Assembly (NCBI GenBank): GCA_003635315.1
Contig: PYJD01000031.1
Span: forward strand, 157,958-221,957
DNA length: 64,000 nt
Source of the DNA: Candidatus Poribacteria bacterium
GTDB lineage: Bacteria; Poribacteria; WGA-4E; WGA-3G
Direction: 5' to 3'
In this document: positions 38,134 to 47,596 of the stretch, piece by piece
Layout of the letters: each line of letters opens with the position of its first letter
Position numbering within the stretch: the first letter of the stretch is position 1
Position numbers and translations under genes: made by a program
Notes under the pieces: model-generated
Database searches by the model: none
Told to the model about the DNA's origin: nothing
What the model saw: only the letters and a program-made list of their open reading frames with translations

Positions 38134-39123
38134 ATGGCAAAATTACGCGTAGGTGTAATAGGTTGTAGTGGTATTGGTACAACACACGCATCCGGATTAG
38201 TTGGATTAGATAACATAGAATTGGCTGCAGGTTGTGATTTTGTTCAAGACACATTGGATGCATTTAAAGCAAAATATCAAGATAACTGGGGTAATATCTC
38301 TCTATATACCAATCATCAGGAGATGTTAGCACAAGAGAAATTGGATGTGGTAACCGTTGCAACATCTGATCATCGGCATGCGGATCTTGTTGTAGATGCT
38401 GCAAATGCTGGTGTGAAAGGAATCTTTTGTGAAAAGCCGATGGCTACTTCAGTTGAAGATGCAAAAAGAATGTTAGATGCATCCGAAAAGAACGACACAT
38501 ATCTCTCAATTGACCATACTCGTAGATGGCAACCACTATGGCGACATACTAAGGATGAAATCGTGGATGGCGGCCAAATTGGTGATGTCCGTTATGTTAT
38601 TGGCACTCTAAGTGGTGGACGCGCAATGCTGTTCCGAAACGGTACGCATTGTATTGATGCTATCTGTTATTATGCTGATTCAGATCCTGAATGGGTTTCT
38701 GCCGAATTAGAAGATGGGTACGAAGATTATAACGAATATAAGGGAGATGGAGGACACGTCCCTGCAACAGAACCCTCTGCACATGGGTACATTCATTTTG
38801 CTAACGGGGTTAGAGGATATTATGCAGGTGGTCCAAAGAATACACCAGCCGGCTTTAGGGCAGAAATTGTGGGTACCAATGGTTATGTTCTCATAAATGA
38901 CCAAGGTGCTACAATTCATAAAGGAGATTCAGTTGAGAAAATAGAAGCACCTACATGGGAGGTGACAGGAATTCCAGCGGGTGTACAGGAAACAGTTAAA
39001 CTTGTTGCGGAAGGTGGAACACCTGTATCCCCTGCAACTGCTGGCTATAATGTAGTTCAAATAATAATTGGATTCCTAACATCACAACAACAGGATAATG
39101 GTAAAGTTAAGCTGCCATTATAA
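38134..39123 (+). CDS. Gfo/Idh/MocA-family NAD(P)-dependent oxidoreductase
   Basis: N-terminal Rossmann LRVGVIGCSGIG and the family's conserved GIFCEKPMA motif. Confidence 0.8.
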   Translation: MAKLRVGVIGCSGIGTTHASGLVGLDNIELAAGCDFVQDTLDAFKAKYQDNWGNISLYTNHQEMLAQEKLDVVTVATSDHRHADLVVDAANAGVKGIFCEKPMATSVEDAKRMLDASEKNDTYLSIDHTRRWQPLWRHTKDEIVDGGQIGDVRYVIGTLSGGRAMLFRNGTHCIDAICYYADSDPEWVSAELEDGYEDYNEYKGDGGHVPATEPSAHGYIHFANGVRGYYAGGPKNTPAGFRAEIVGTNGYVLINDQGATIHKGDSVEKIEAPTWEVTGIPAGVQETVKLVAEGGTPVSPATAGYNVVQIIIGFLTSQQQDNGKVKLPL

Positions 39124-39128
39124 AGAAG

Positions 39129-40274
39129 TTAATCGGAATCCTCTATTAATACGACACCATTTTCTGGTGTCCAAGTTAGGTATACAGAATCACCTATTTG
39201 GAATAGGTTTTTTCCTTCATTGATATTATATTCAGACTCACTATTGTTAGGCGAGGTAGTTATACCTCGCCTTTGTTTGTTAACAATCACCGGTTGATTA
39301 AACTCCGTCTTAACGGTGTATTGAAGTGTGGTGCCTAAATAACTCACATCTTGAATCACACCGTCTATAGAATTCTGAGCATCTATATCCTTTTCAGATG
39401 TGATATCTATTCGTTCTGGTCGAACAGCGATAGTGACTGATGCATTAAGTTCTATATCCCTCTGGAAACTACTCACAAAGGTAAAAGAAGGATCAGTTTC
39501 TGATTGAATTATTAAGTATTGGTCATCGAGTTTGGTAATTGTACCATCAAAAAAGTTTGTAGTACCAATGAAGTCTGCGACGAAACGATTCTCTGGATTA
39601 TCATAAATTTCAGATGGTGTTCCAACTTGTAGTATTTTACCTTCATTCATGACTGCAATTCGATCCGATAGAGCTAACGCCTCTCCCTGATCATGCGTAA
39701 CATATACGAAAGTAATTCCCACTTTACGCTGTAACTCCTTTAGTTCCAATTGCATCTGTTTTCGGAGTTTAAGATCGAGTGCTGAAAGGGGTTCGTCTAA
39801 CAGAAGGATAGAAGGTTCATTTATCAATGCCCTGGCAAGAGCCACTCGTTGTCTTTCACCACCAGAGAGTTCATTAGGTTTTCGTTTTCCATAATTTGGT
39901 AATTGAATTAAATCAAGAAAATGCTCTACTGCCTTAGCTATTCCTGTTTTTGCAACCTTCTTCATTTGTAAACCAAAAGCAATATTCTCTGCAACAGTTT
40001 TATGGGGAAATAGTGCGTAATTTTGGAAAACCGTATTTACTGGACGTCGATATGGCGGGATTTCATGCATCGGTTTTGAGTTGATAAATACTTCACCATC
40101 AGTAGGAATAACAAACCCACCGATAATCCGTAATGTTGTGGTTTTACCACATCCACTTGGACCGAGTAAAGAAAAGAACTCACCCCCCTCTATCTGTAAT
40201 GAGATATTATCTACAGCAACAGCATCACCATACTGTTGTGTTACAGATGAAAGGATAATTTGTCCATTTTGCAT
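39129..40274 (-). CDS. ABC transporter ATP-binding protein, PotA/MalK-like, with C-terminal TOBE-type domain. Orphan, with no adjacent permease.
   Basis: Walker A GPSGCGKTT, signature LSGGERQRVALARAL, Walker B ILLLDEP; 381 aa. Confidence 0.8.
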   Translation of the reverse strand: MQNGQIILSSVTQQYGDAVAVDNISLQIEGGEFFSLLGPSGCGKTTTLRIIGGFVIPTDGEVFINSKPMHEIPPYRRPVNTVFQNYALFPHKTVAENIAFGLQMKKVAKTGIAKAVEHFLDLIQLPNYGKRKPNELSGGERQRVALARALINEPSILLLDEPLSALDLKLRKQMQLELKELQRKVGITFVYVTHDQGEALALSDRIAVMNEGKILQVGTPSEIYDNPENRFVADFIGTTNFFDGTITKLDDQYLIIQSETDPSFTFVSSFQRDIELNASVTIAVRPERIDITSEKDIDAQNSIDGVIQDVSYLGTTLQYTVKTEFNQPVIVNKQRRGITTSPNNSESEYNINEGKNLFQIGDSVYLTWTPENGVVLIEDSD

Positions 40275-40350
40275 GTTTGAATTTATTATAGATATAGTTG
40301 GAGGGAAAATAGAAAGGTATTATCTGAAAATAGATGGCTGACAGCCTTTT

Positions 40351-41796
40351 TTAATCTTGCGATAATACCTGAGTAAGAATCTGATTTACTGCTTGTGGAT
40401 TTGCTTTTCCTTGTGTTGCGCGCATCACTTGTCCTACAAGAAATCCAATTGCTTTTTTTGTTCCATCCCTGACATCTTGTGCTGGTCCTGGATTGTCTTC
40501 AATTACTTTCTGCACAATAACTTCAAGCTCGGATGTATCAGAAATCTGCGACAATCCTTTCTCCTCAATAATTTCTTTGGGTAGTTTTCCAGTTTCGAAT
40601 GCCTCATCTATAACTGATTTTGCGATCTTCCCACTAATTGTGTTATCTTCGATATATTCTATAAGTTCACTTAGATGTGTTGGGGATATCTTTGAATCTT
40701 GTATTTCTATTTCAGCATTATTTAGTAATCGACTTATATCACCCATTATCCAATTAGCACAGATAGACGGATTATCGCTTAGTTGAGTTGCTTCATCAAA
40801 GAAATCCGCAATTTGACGTGTAGACGTAAGGAATTCCACTTGTTCAGGGGTTAAATTGTAGTCTTTGGAGAACCGTTCTCTTCTGGTAGCAGGTAGTTCA
40901 GGAATAGAAGGTTGGATTTCATCAATCCATTCATCACCAATTTGAATATGTACAAGATCTGGTTCAGGAAAATAACGATAATCATCAGCTTCCTCTTTTC
41001 CACGCATTGCCACCGTCTTACCAGTTTCTGCATCGAATAACAAAGTTTCTTGCACTACCTTACCACCTGAATCAAGTATTCTGGCTTGGCGTTTAACCTC
41101 ATATTCCATAGCAACGATCAACTCTTGAAATGAGTTTTTATTTTTTATTTCTGTACGTGTACCCAATTCTTGACTACCACGGGGACGTAATGAGATATTA
41201 GGTTCACATCGAAGACTACCTTCCTCCATATTGCAATCACTAACTTCGATATATTCTAAGATCTCTTTAACAGCACGACAATAGGCAATTGCTTCTTCAG
41301 GTGAATGTATTTCTGGTTCACTCACAATTTCCATAAGTGGGACACCAGCACGATTGAAGTCCATAAAACTACGGGTAGGGTCACCCGTTACTTCAGCATG
41401 GATAGATTTACCAGCATCTTCCTCAAGGTGAATTCTACGTAAAGCAACTGTTTTTGTTTCTCCATTGAGTTCAAACTGTACCTCTCCATTCCTGCATAAT
41501 GGAAGATCATATTGTGAAATCTGATAGTTTTTGGGTAAATCTGGATAGAAATAGTTTTTACGGTCAAACTTACTATATGATGTAATCTCACAATTCATTG
41601 CCAAACCTGTCCGTATAGCAAATTCTAATGCCCGTTGATTGATAACAGGTAGAGTACCTGGTAATCCTAAACATATAGGACAGGTGCAGTCATTTGCAGA
41701 CGAACCAAATGTGTATGCGCAATTACAGAATAACTTACTTTCTGTACAAAGCTCAGCATGTATTTCTAAACCGATAACTATTTCATACTTATCCAT
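40351..41796 (-). CDS. gatB: Asp-tRNA(Asn)/Glu-tRNA(Gln) amidotransferase subunit B
   Basis: N-terminus MDKYEIVIGLEIHAEL...SKLFCNC and C-terminal YqeY-like domain. Start moved to ATG 41796 (track ORF begins 17 codons upstream). Confidence 0.85.
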   Translation of the reverse strand: MDKYEIVIGLEIHAELCTESKLFCNCAYTFGSSANDCTCPICLGLPGTLPVINQRALEFAIRTGLAMNCEITSYSKFDRKNYFYPDLPKNYQISQYDLPLCRNGEVQFELNGETKTVALRRIHLEEDAGKSIHAEVTGDPTRSFMDFNRAGVPLMEIVSEPEIHSPEEAIAYCRAVKEILEYIEVSDCNMEEGSLRCEPNISLRPRGSQELGTRTEIKNKNSFQELIVAMEYEVKRQARILDSGGKVVQETLLFDAETGKTVAMRGKEEADDYRYFPEPDLVHIQIGDEWIDEIQPSIPELPATRRERFSKDYNLTPEQVEFLTSTRQIADFFDEATQLSDNPSICANWIMGDISRLLNNAEIEIQDSKISPTHLSELIEYIEDNTISGKIAKSVIDEAFETGKLPKEIIEEKGLSQISDTSELEVIVQKVIEDNPGPAQDVRDGTKKAIGFLVGQVMRATQGKANPQAVNQILTQVLSQD

Positions 41797-41904
41797 GTGA
41801 AAACTCTCAAATAATAAAGTATAACGAAAAACTGCGCGAGTATCCACTCACACAATACTGTGAGAAAAACTCGCGCTCAATTACAAACAAATTGTGTTTT
41901 ATTT

Positions 41905-42672
41905 CTATATTTCCGATAATTCGTTTACAACAGCAACATTTGCATCAACTTCCGCTTGTGATGTCATACCAATAGTCATTGCATGGACACAAGGTAGACC
42001 CATCACAAATTCAATTGCTTCCCGTTGGCTTTCTGTATCTTTGGCTAATTTACCCATACCCAACACTTTCATTCCATAAATACCTTTGCCAACGTTTGCC
42101 ATATGTTCCATTGTTCTTATGACATCAGCTGGAGAAGCATCCATTTGTACACCGGAATGATTGATTCGTGCCAACACAACTTCTACCCAATCGGTCATAG
42201 CAGATGTTTGAAATGCACCAAAATCGTGACATGACACCCCATGAGCACGAATTAGTCCTTGTTCTTTACACCTTAATAGAGCCTCCATCGCATCCGGATA
42301 GCGTCTTGGCCAATCAACCTGTGTTAAGCAGTGCAAAAGTACTATATCAACATAATCCGTGTCTATCTCTTTGAGAAACCGTTTAATATCTTCCTCAACA
42401 GTTTCACGTGTCCTTGATACTGTTTTCGATGTGATAGTTACACTTTCTCGAGGAACTTCTTTTAAGGCTTCTTTTATATGCTGATGACTACCATACTGGT
42501 CAGCAGAATCCCAAAAAGTCACACCTTTTTCGTGTGAATAAAGGAGTAAATCCCGAAAAGCTTCTAATCCTAAGTCAGTTTGATTTGATCTTCCGTTCCA
42601 ACCGTTTGAACCAGTACCAATAGAAAGTCGTGATACATCTATACCTGTATTACCCAGAGCAACAATTTCCAT
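41905..42672 (-). CDS. Aldo/keto reductase family oxidoreductase
   Basis: IGTGSNGW, DSADQYG, IVLLH-like aldo/keto reductase motifs; 255 aa. Confidence 0.7.
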   Translation of the reverse strand: MEIVALGNTGIDVSRLSIGTGSNGWNGRSNQTDLGLEAFRDLLLYSHEKGVTFWDSADQYGSHQHIKEALKEVPRESVTITSKTVSRTRETVEEDIKRFLKEIDTDYVDIVLLHCLTQVDWPRRYPDAMEALLRCKEQGLIRAHGVSCHDFGAFQTSAMTDWVEVVLARINHSGVQMDASPADVIRTMEHMANVGKGIYGMKVLGMGKLAKDTESQREAIEFVMGLPCVHAMTIGMTSQAEVDANVAVVNELSEI

Positions 42673-43016
42673 AGTCGTATCCTCCGTGTCACCTTATTGA
42701 TTGTAAAGTATACCATATTATTATAAAACTGACAACTATTGCACAAGAATCCTCGTTATATTTGAAAGCACTATAGAGAATAGAAAGTGTGAATCCACTG
42801 ATAATTTGAGATCCATACAATGATTCTATATTATTTTAGCAAGAAACAGAAAACCATGAACCTTTAAAATCACAGTAATATCAACTAATTCTGTTGTCTT
42901 ACGTCAAAAAATATCGTTACAATAGGATGTTAGAATAATTTACTCAACTTATACTTTATAGAATAAAACTATAGGATTGTATCATTTTACTTTTTATCGG
43001 GAGAAAAGAAAGCAAA

Positions 43017-45263
43017 ATGCATTATTATGCTAAAGCATATACATTGAGAAAACACAATAGAGGAATAGGATTATATATATTTCTATCTACCATACTATTC
43101 ATCTGTTCTATCTCATTTGCACAAGAAGGACGTAGTAAACAATGGATGGATGCCTTTGCATCTATCGACAAAGGAAATCTAAGAGAAGCCGTATCACAAT
43201 TAGAGACATTAAAGAATTCAAACATTAGTAAGGAAGAGAAGTTTGAAATTCATCATACTCTTGGCTACTTATATGAGAAGCTAAATAATAGACCTAAAGC
43301 TGTAGGTAATTATGTACGTGTAATTACACAAAAGTACCCTCTTGCAGACAGTGCTGCTTTCCGTCTTGCTAAACTATACGAAAGAATGAATAATAAGGAT
43401 AAAGCAATTAGTTGGTACTCAGAATTGATAAGGGATTACCCCGATAGTTACTACTTAATAGATGCAAAATGGAATCTCACCAAACTATTTCTTGATAAGA
43501 AACAGTATAGTGATGCTAAGTCAACTGTCTTAGGTATATTAAATGAACCCAATTATAATAGAAGAGCCACATACGCATTGGCAAGATGTGAAGAAGGCTT
43601 GAAACAGTATTCAACAGCCTTTAAGATACACCAGAAACTTATCTCAGAAAACCAGACTGATTCAATTGCAGATGATGCTATGGGTAAATTAATTATGCTT
43701 GCTAATGGTCATAAATCCTTAGTCCGAACTGCAATTGATAGATTAAACTGTGGATTAGTTCTCTATAATCAAGGAAGTTGGAAATCAGCGATAAATGAAC
43801 TTATGCCGGTTACTACAAATTCAGATGTAAAATTGAAGGGTCGAGCTTTATACTATATTGGGAAGAGTAACCAAGGGAGAAAGTGGTATAATACCGCATT
43901 AAAGCAATATAATTCGGTTGTTAGTCTTGGAGATAAGACTGAGTATTTAACACGTTCATATTATCAGATTGCACAATGTTATCGAGCAAAGGGTAGTCTT
44001 ACAACTGCAACCAAGCACCTTGAGAGTTTCGTAAAAACCTATTCTTGGAGTGAATTAGCAGATAATGCGTTATACGATATAGCTCAAATTTATGAAAAAC
44101 GTGAGAAAACTGAATTAGCATTAAATGCTTATTCACGATTAATTGATATTGATCCAGGTGGAGAATATGCTGACTTAGCTGCTTGGCGTATTGGTTGGTA
44201 TCGTTTTGATCAGAAGAAGTATGAGGAAAGTTATCAAGCTTTTAAAGGACTCAAAGAGAATTTCCCCAATAATCGGTATGCTATGGGGGCACACTTTTGG
44301 ATGGCAAAAATACGTGAACGGCAGAATCAACCAGAAGTTGCACATCAAATTTATACCGAAGTTGCCAAGGCACGGTATTGGTATTATAGTGCTCGAGCAA
44401 AAGCTATATTAAAACTTACAAATTCAGAATTAGTACCAAAAGCAGTTCCTGATTCCAAGTTGACTGCCCAAGATGATTGTCCTGAACAAGTCTTACCACT
44501 CATGGGATTAAGATTGTATGAAGATGCAATATACCATTTAAACAAACATATTTCATTGACACCGAATCCTGAACCACTCTGCTTTTTTGCATTAATTATG
44601 TCATACGAAAGCTTAGCAATGTATGACAAAGCCAGAGAGGTAGCTGATATGGTACTTGTTAGTCCATCTTTTGAGAAACACTTGGGCTCAGATTTAGAAA
44701 AACTTCGACGTTGGCTTTATCCTTTACATTATGAGAAATTTGTCACAAAATACTCCAAACAATATAATGTAGATAAAGCATTAATATTTGCCATGATATT
44801 AGAAGAAAGTAGATACCGTAGGGATGCAATTAGTTGGGCAGGTGCTATTGGCTTGATGCAGATAATGCCTTCCACTGGAAGAGAACTTGCACGACAGTTA
44901 AAAATTCGTAGATTTAGATCTTCCATGTTAAAAGATCCTGAAATAAATATACGTATGGGAACAAAGTATCTTGGATATCTAAATTCAATATTCGATAACG
45001 ATCCTATGCTGGTTTCAGGCGCATATAATGGTGGACCGGGACGGATGAAACGATGGTTGGCGTCAAAACAGATTAAAGATATTGATGAGTTCGTTGAGAA
45101 GATTACTATCAGAGAGACACGATTACATATTAAAAAGGTAATCAACAGTTATGATAACTATATTGAGATTTATGGTCATACAGAAGCACCGGCTGTAAAT
45201 TCTGCATTTGATAAATCTATTCAACAAAGTAGGAATCCTATCTTAGTCAACCTTACAAAGTAG
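43017..45263 (+). CDS. Soluble lytic murein transglycosylase (TPR/superhelical N-domain + SLT catalytic domain)
   Basis: Signal peptide; TPR-like repeats; catalytic SLT motif ILEESRYRRDAISWAGAIGLMQIMPSTG ... AYNGGPG. Confidence 0.8.
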   Translation: MHYYAKAYTLRKHNRGIGLYIFLSTILFICSISFAQEGRSKQWMDAFASIDKGNLREAVSQLETLKNSNISKEEKFEIHHTLGYLYEKLNNRPKAVGNYVRVITQKYPLADSAAFRLAKLYERMNNKDKAISWYSELIRDYPDSYYLIDAKWNLTKLFLDKKQYSDAKSTVLGILNEPNYNRRATYALARCEEGLKQYSTAFKIHQKLISENQTDSIADDAMGKLIMLANGHKSLVRTAIDRLNCGLVLYNQGSWKSAINELMPVTTNSDVKLKGRALYYIGKSNQGRKWYNTALKQYNSVVSLGDKTEYLTRSYYQIAQCYRAKGSLTTATKHLESFVKTYSWSELADNALYDIAQIYEKREKTELALNAYSRLIDIDPGGEYADLAAWRIGWYRFDQKKYEESYQAFKGLKENFPNNRYAMGAHFWMAKIRERQNQPEVAHQIYTEVAKARYWYYSARAKAILKLTNSELVPKAVPDSKLTAQDDCPEQVLPLMGLRLYEDAIYHLNKHISLTPNPEPLCFFALIMSYESLAMYDKAREVADMVLVSPSFEKHLGSDLEKLRRWLYPLHYEKFVTKYSKQYNVDKALIFAMILEESRYRRDAISWAGAIGLMQIMPSTGRELARQLKIRRFRSSMLKDPEINIRMGTKYLGYLNSIFDNDPMLVSGAYNGGPGRMKRWLASKQIKDIDEFVEKITIRETRLHIKKVINSYDNYIEIYGHTEAPAVNSAFDKSIQQSRNPILVNLTK

Positions 45264-45376
45264 TTTTAGTACTCTTATATATTGTCAACAGGTGTATTCC
45301 TTATATCACCTGTTGATTTTTTTATAATGTGTGATTATCTGTCATAGTAATAGCATTAGCACCATCAAAATAGATA

Positions 45377-47050
45377 CTATAAGCATACTATATCTGGTTC
45401 AAAGTCCTTATTCAAGAGTACTCTATTTAACCAGTCATTATCATTTTGTTCTGGATAATCAGAACGGTAATGTCCTCCACGACTTTCGGTTCGAATGAGT
45501 GCCGACTTTGTTATCAACCATGCAGTAGCAAGCATGTTAATTGTTTCATAGTTTTCAATGTAGCTTGTGTTTGGAGTTACTGTCTTAGTTGCATGAGGTT
45601 TTATATTTGATCCTATTAATTCTAAGTCTTGCAATGTTACTTCCAAACCTTCTTCACTACGTTCGATACCTACGTTCTCCCACAATGTCTCTCGCATGGC
45701 ATCCTTCACAGATTGTATATCTAATTCAGATTCCGGGGAGAATTCTTGCGTAACATCAAAATGTTCCATATCCAATTCAGATAGTTTTGAAGAACCAATT
45801 GACGAAGCATGTTCAGCAGCATTAACTCCTGCCCGTACACCATATACCAGACATTCTAACAATGAATTACTTGCTAACCTATTTGCTCCATGTACACCAG
45901 TACAAGCAACTTCTCCACACGCATATAACCCCTTAATATTTGTCTCTGTTTCAATATTTGTTTGTACGCCACCCATCATAAAATGCGCGCCAGGTCTAAC
46001 TGGAATTACATCTTTGCTGATATCCAAACCATAGTTTTTCGTAGTTTCATAAATTGTTGGAAATCTCTCTATTATATAATCCTGTGTCATGTGTGTAATA
46101 TCCAAGTAAACACACGGAAATCCTGTGAGGTACATCTCATTTTGTATAGCACGACTCACTACATCACGAGGAGCAAGTTCACCTTTTTCATGGTACTTAT
46201 CCATAAATTGCTCTCCGATGATATTGACAAGTTTACCACCTTCTCCCCGTACTGCTTCAGAAATTAGAAAACTTGGTGCATTGTTAAGATATAAGGTAGT
46301 TGGATGAAATTGTACAAATTCCATATCAATCATATTACATCCGGCACGCCATGCAGCAGCAAACCCATCACCTGTAGCAACTTCAGGATTTGAAGTACAT
46401 GGGTAAATTTTTCCGAGTCCACCAGTAGCCAAAATAGTAGCCTTAGCAAGTATGGGTCTAATTTCACCATTTAGAATTGCGTAAACCCCATGACAAACTT
46501 TCTGTTCACTATTTGAAGTATTTTCGATAGATGTAATGAAATCTGTTGCGAATGTGTTTGAAATAACACGGATTCGATCATTGTTTAAAACCTTTTGAAT
46601 GAGAACGTCCGTCGTTTCTCTACCGGTTGCGTCTCCTTTATGTACAATTCGTTTACGACTATGCGCAGCCTCTTGTGTGAACCGAGGTAACGTTCCTTCC
46701 CAATCAAAGTTTGCTCCCCAGTCAACTAATTCTGAAACACGTGGGATACCTTCAGATACCATTATCTCTACAGCCGTCACATCACATAATCCACAACCTG
46801 CATTACAAGTATCTTCTACATGAAGATCTACAGTGTCATCGATGTTCATAGCAACAGCAATGCCACCTTGTGCGTATATTGAATTGCTTTCCTTGAGAGT
46901 AGTTTTTGTGATAAGGGTAACTTCTACATGCTCACTTGCAGCCAGTGCAGCACGCAATCCTGCAGCACCACTGCCAATAATTAGTACATCTGTATCCAAA
47001 TTTATGGGATCATTGGATTTCACTACAGAATCATCTGTTTCGATGTCCAT
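45377..47050 (-). CDS. nadB: L-aspartate oxidase
   Basis: FAD-binding VLIIGSGAAGLRAA; fumarate-reductase/succinate-dehydrogenase flavoprotein family motifs (HFMMGGV, RGGHYRSDYP); 557 aa without Fe-S/anchor partners nearby. Confidence 0.7.
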   Translation of the reverse strand: MDIETDDSVVKSNDPINLDTDVLIIGSGAAGLRAALAASEHVEVTLITKTTLKESNSIYAQGGIAVAMNIDDTVDLHVEDTCNAGCGLCDVTAVEIMVSEGIPRVSELVDWGANFDWEGTLPRFTQEAAHSRKRIVHKGDATGRETTDVLIQKVLNNDRIRVISNTFATDFITSIENTSNSEQKVCHGVYAILNGEIRPILAKATILATGGLGKIYPCTSNPEVATGDGFAAAWRAGCNMIDMEFVQFHPTTLYLNNAPSFLISEAVRGEGGKLVNIIGEQFMDKYHEKGELAPRDVVSRAIQNEMYLTGFPCVYLDITHMTQDYIIERFPTIYETTKNYGLDISKDVIPVRPGAHFMMGGVQTNIETETNIKGLYACGEVACTGVHGANRLASNSLLECLVYGVRAGVNAAEHASSIGSSKLSELDMEHFDVTQEFSPESELDIQSVKDAMRETLWENVGIERSEEGLEVTLQDLELIGSNIKPHATKTVTPNTSYIENYETINMLATAWLITKSALIRTESRGGHYRSDYPEQNDNDWLNRVLLNKDFEPDIVCL

Positions 47051-47075
47051 ATAAGCTAATTACCTTAGTGGCATT

Positions 47076-47516
47076 TTATAAAGTATTGTGGATTGGAGCG
47101 AAGCTATCACTTACAGGCATTACTTTACCGATTCCAGTAGCAATTACTGTGTTATCAGTAAGTTTTACAACTGCAGTTGCCTCTATTAGACGTCGAGACA
47201 TTTTAATTCTTTCAGCGGTAACAAGCAGTTTGACACCTGTTGGAGCAGGATTACGAAAACGAACTTCAAGCTGCGCGGTTACAGCAGGTCCTGAAAATGA
47301 CTCTATACCTATGTGGGTAATAACTTCATCTAATAGAGTACTAATTATTCCACCATGAAGAATCCCAGCCCAACCCTGCATATGATTAGGAGGAGTGCAT
47401 TCGATAAATACTTCTGCCCCACTATCTCTAACTTCGGGTTTGACCTTAAATCCATACGGATTATTTTCTCCGCATACAAAGCATTTATTGTTGTTTTCTA
47501 TCGCCATATCTTCCAA
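47076..47516 (-). CDS. Hotdog-fold thioesterase (PaaI/YbgC-like)
   Basis: HMQGWAGILHGGIISTLLDE motif typical of PaaI-family thioesterases. Confidence 0.65.
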   Translation of the reverse strand: MEDMAIENNNKCFVCGENNPYGFKVKPEVRDSGAEVFIECTPPNHMQGWAGILHGGIISTLLDEVITHIGIESFSGPAVTAQLEVRFRNPAPTGVKLLVTAERIKMSRRLIEATAVVKLTDNTVIATGIGKVMPVSDSFAPIHNTL

Positions 47517-47596
47517 ACCTTATTTTGATGATAACTCCAGGAGGTGTCCAATACATACTACAAATCTAAAATAATTCACGAATACATTAGATTATA

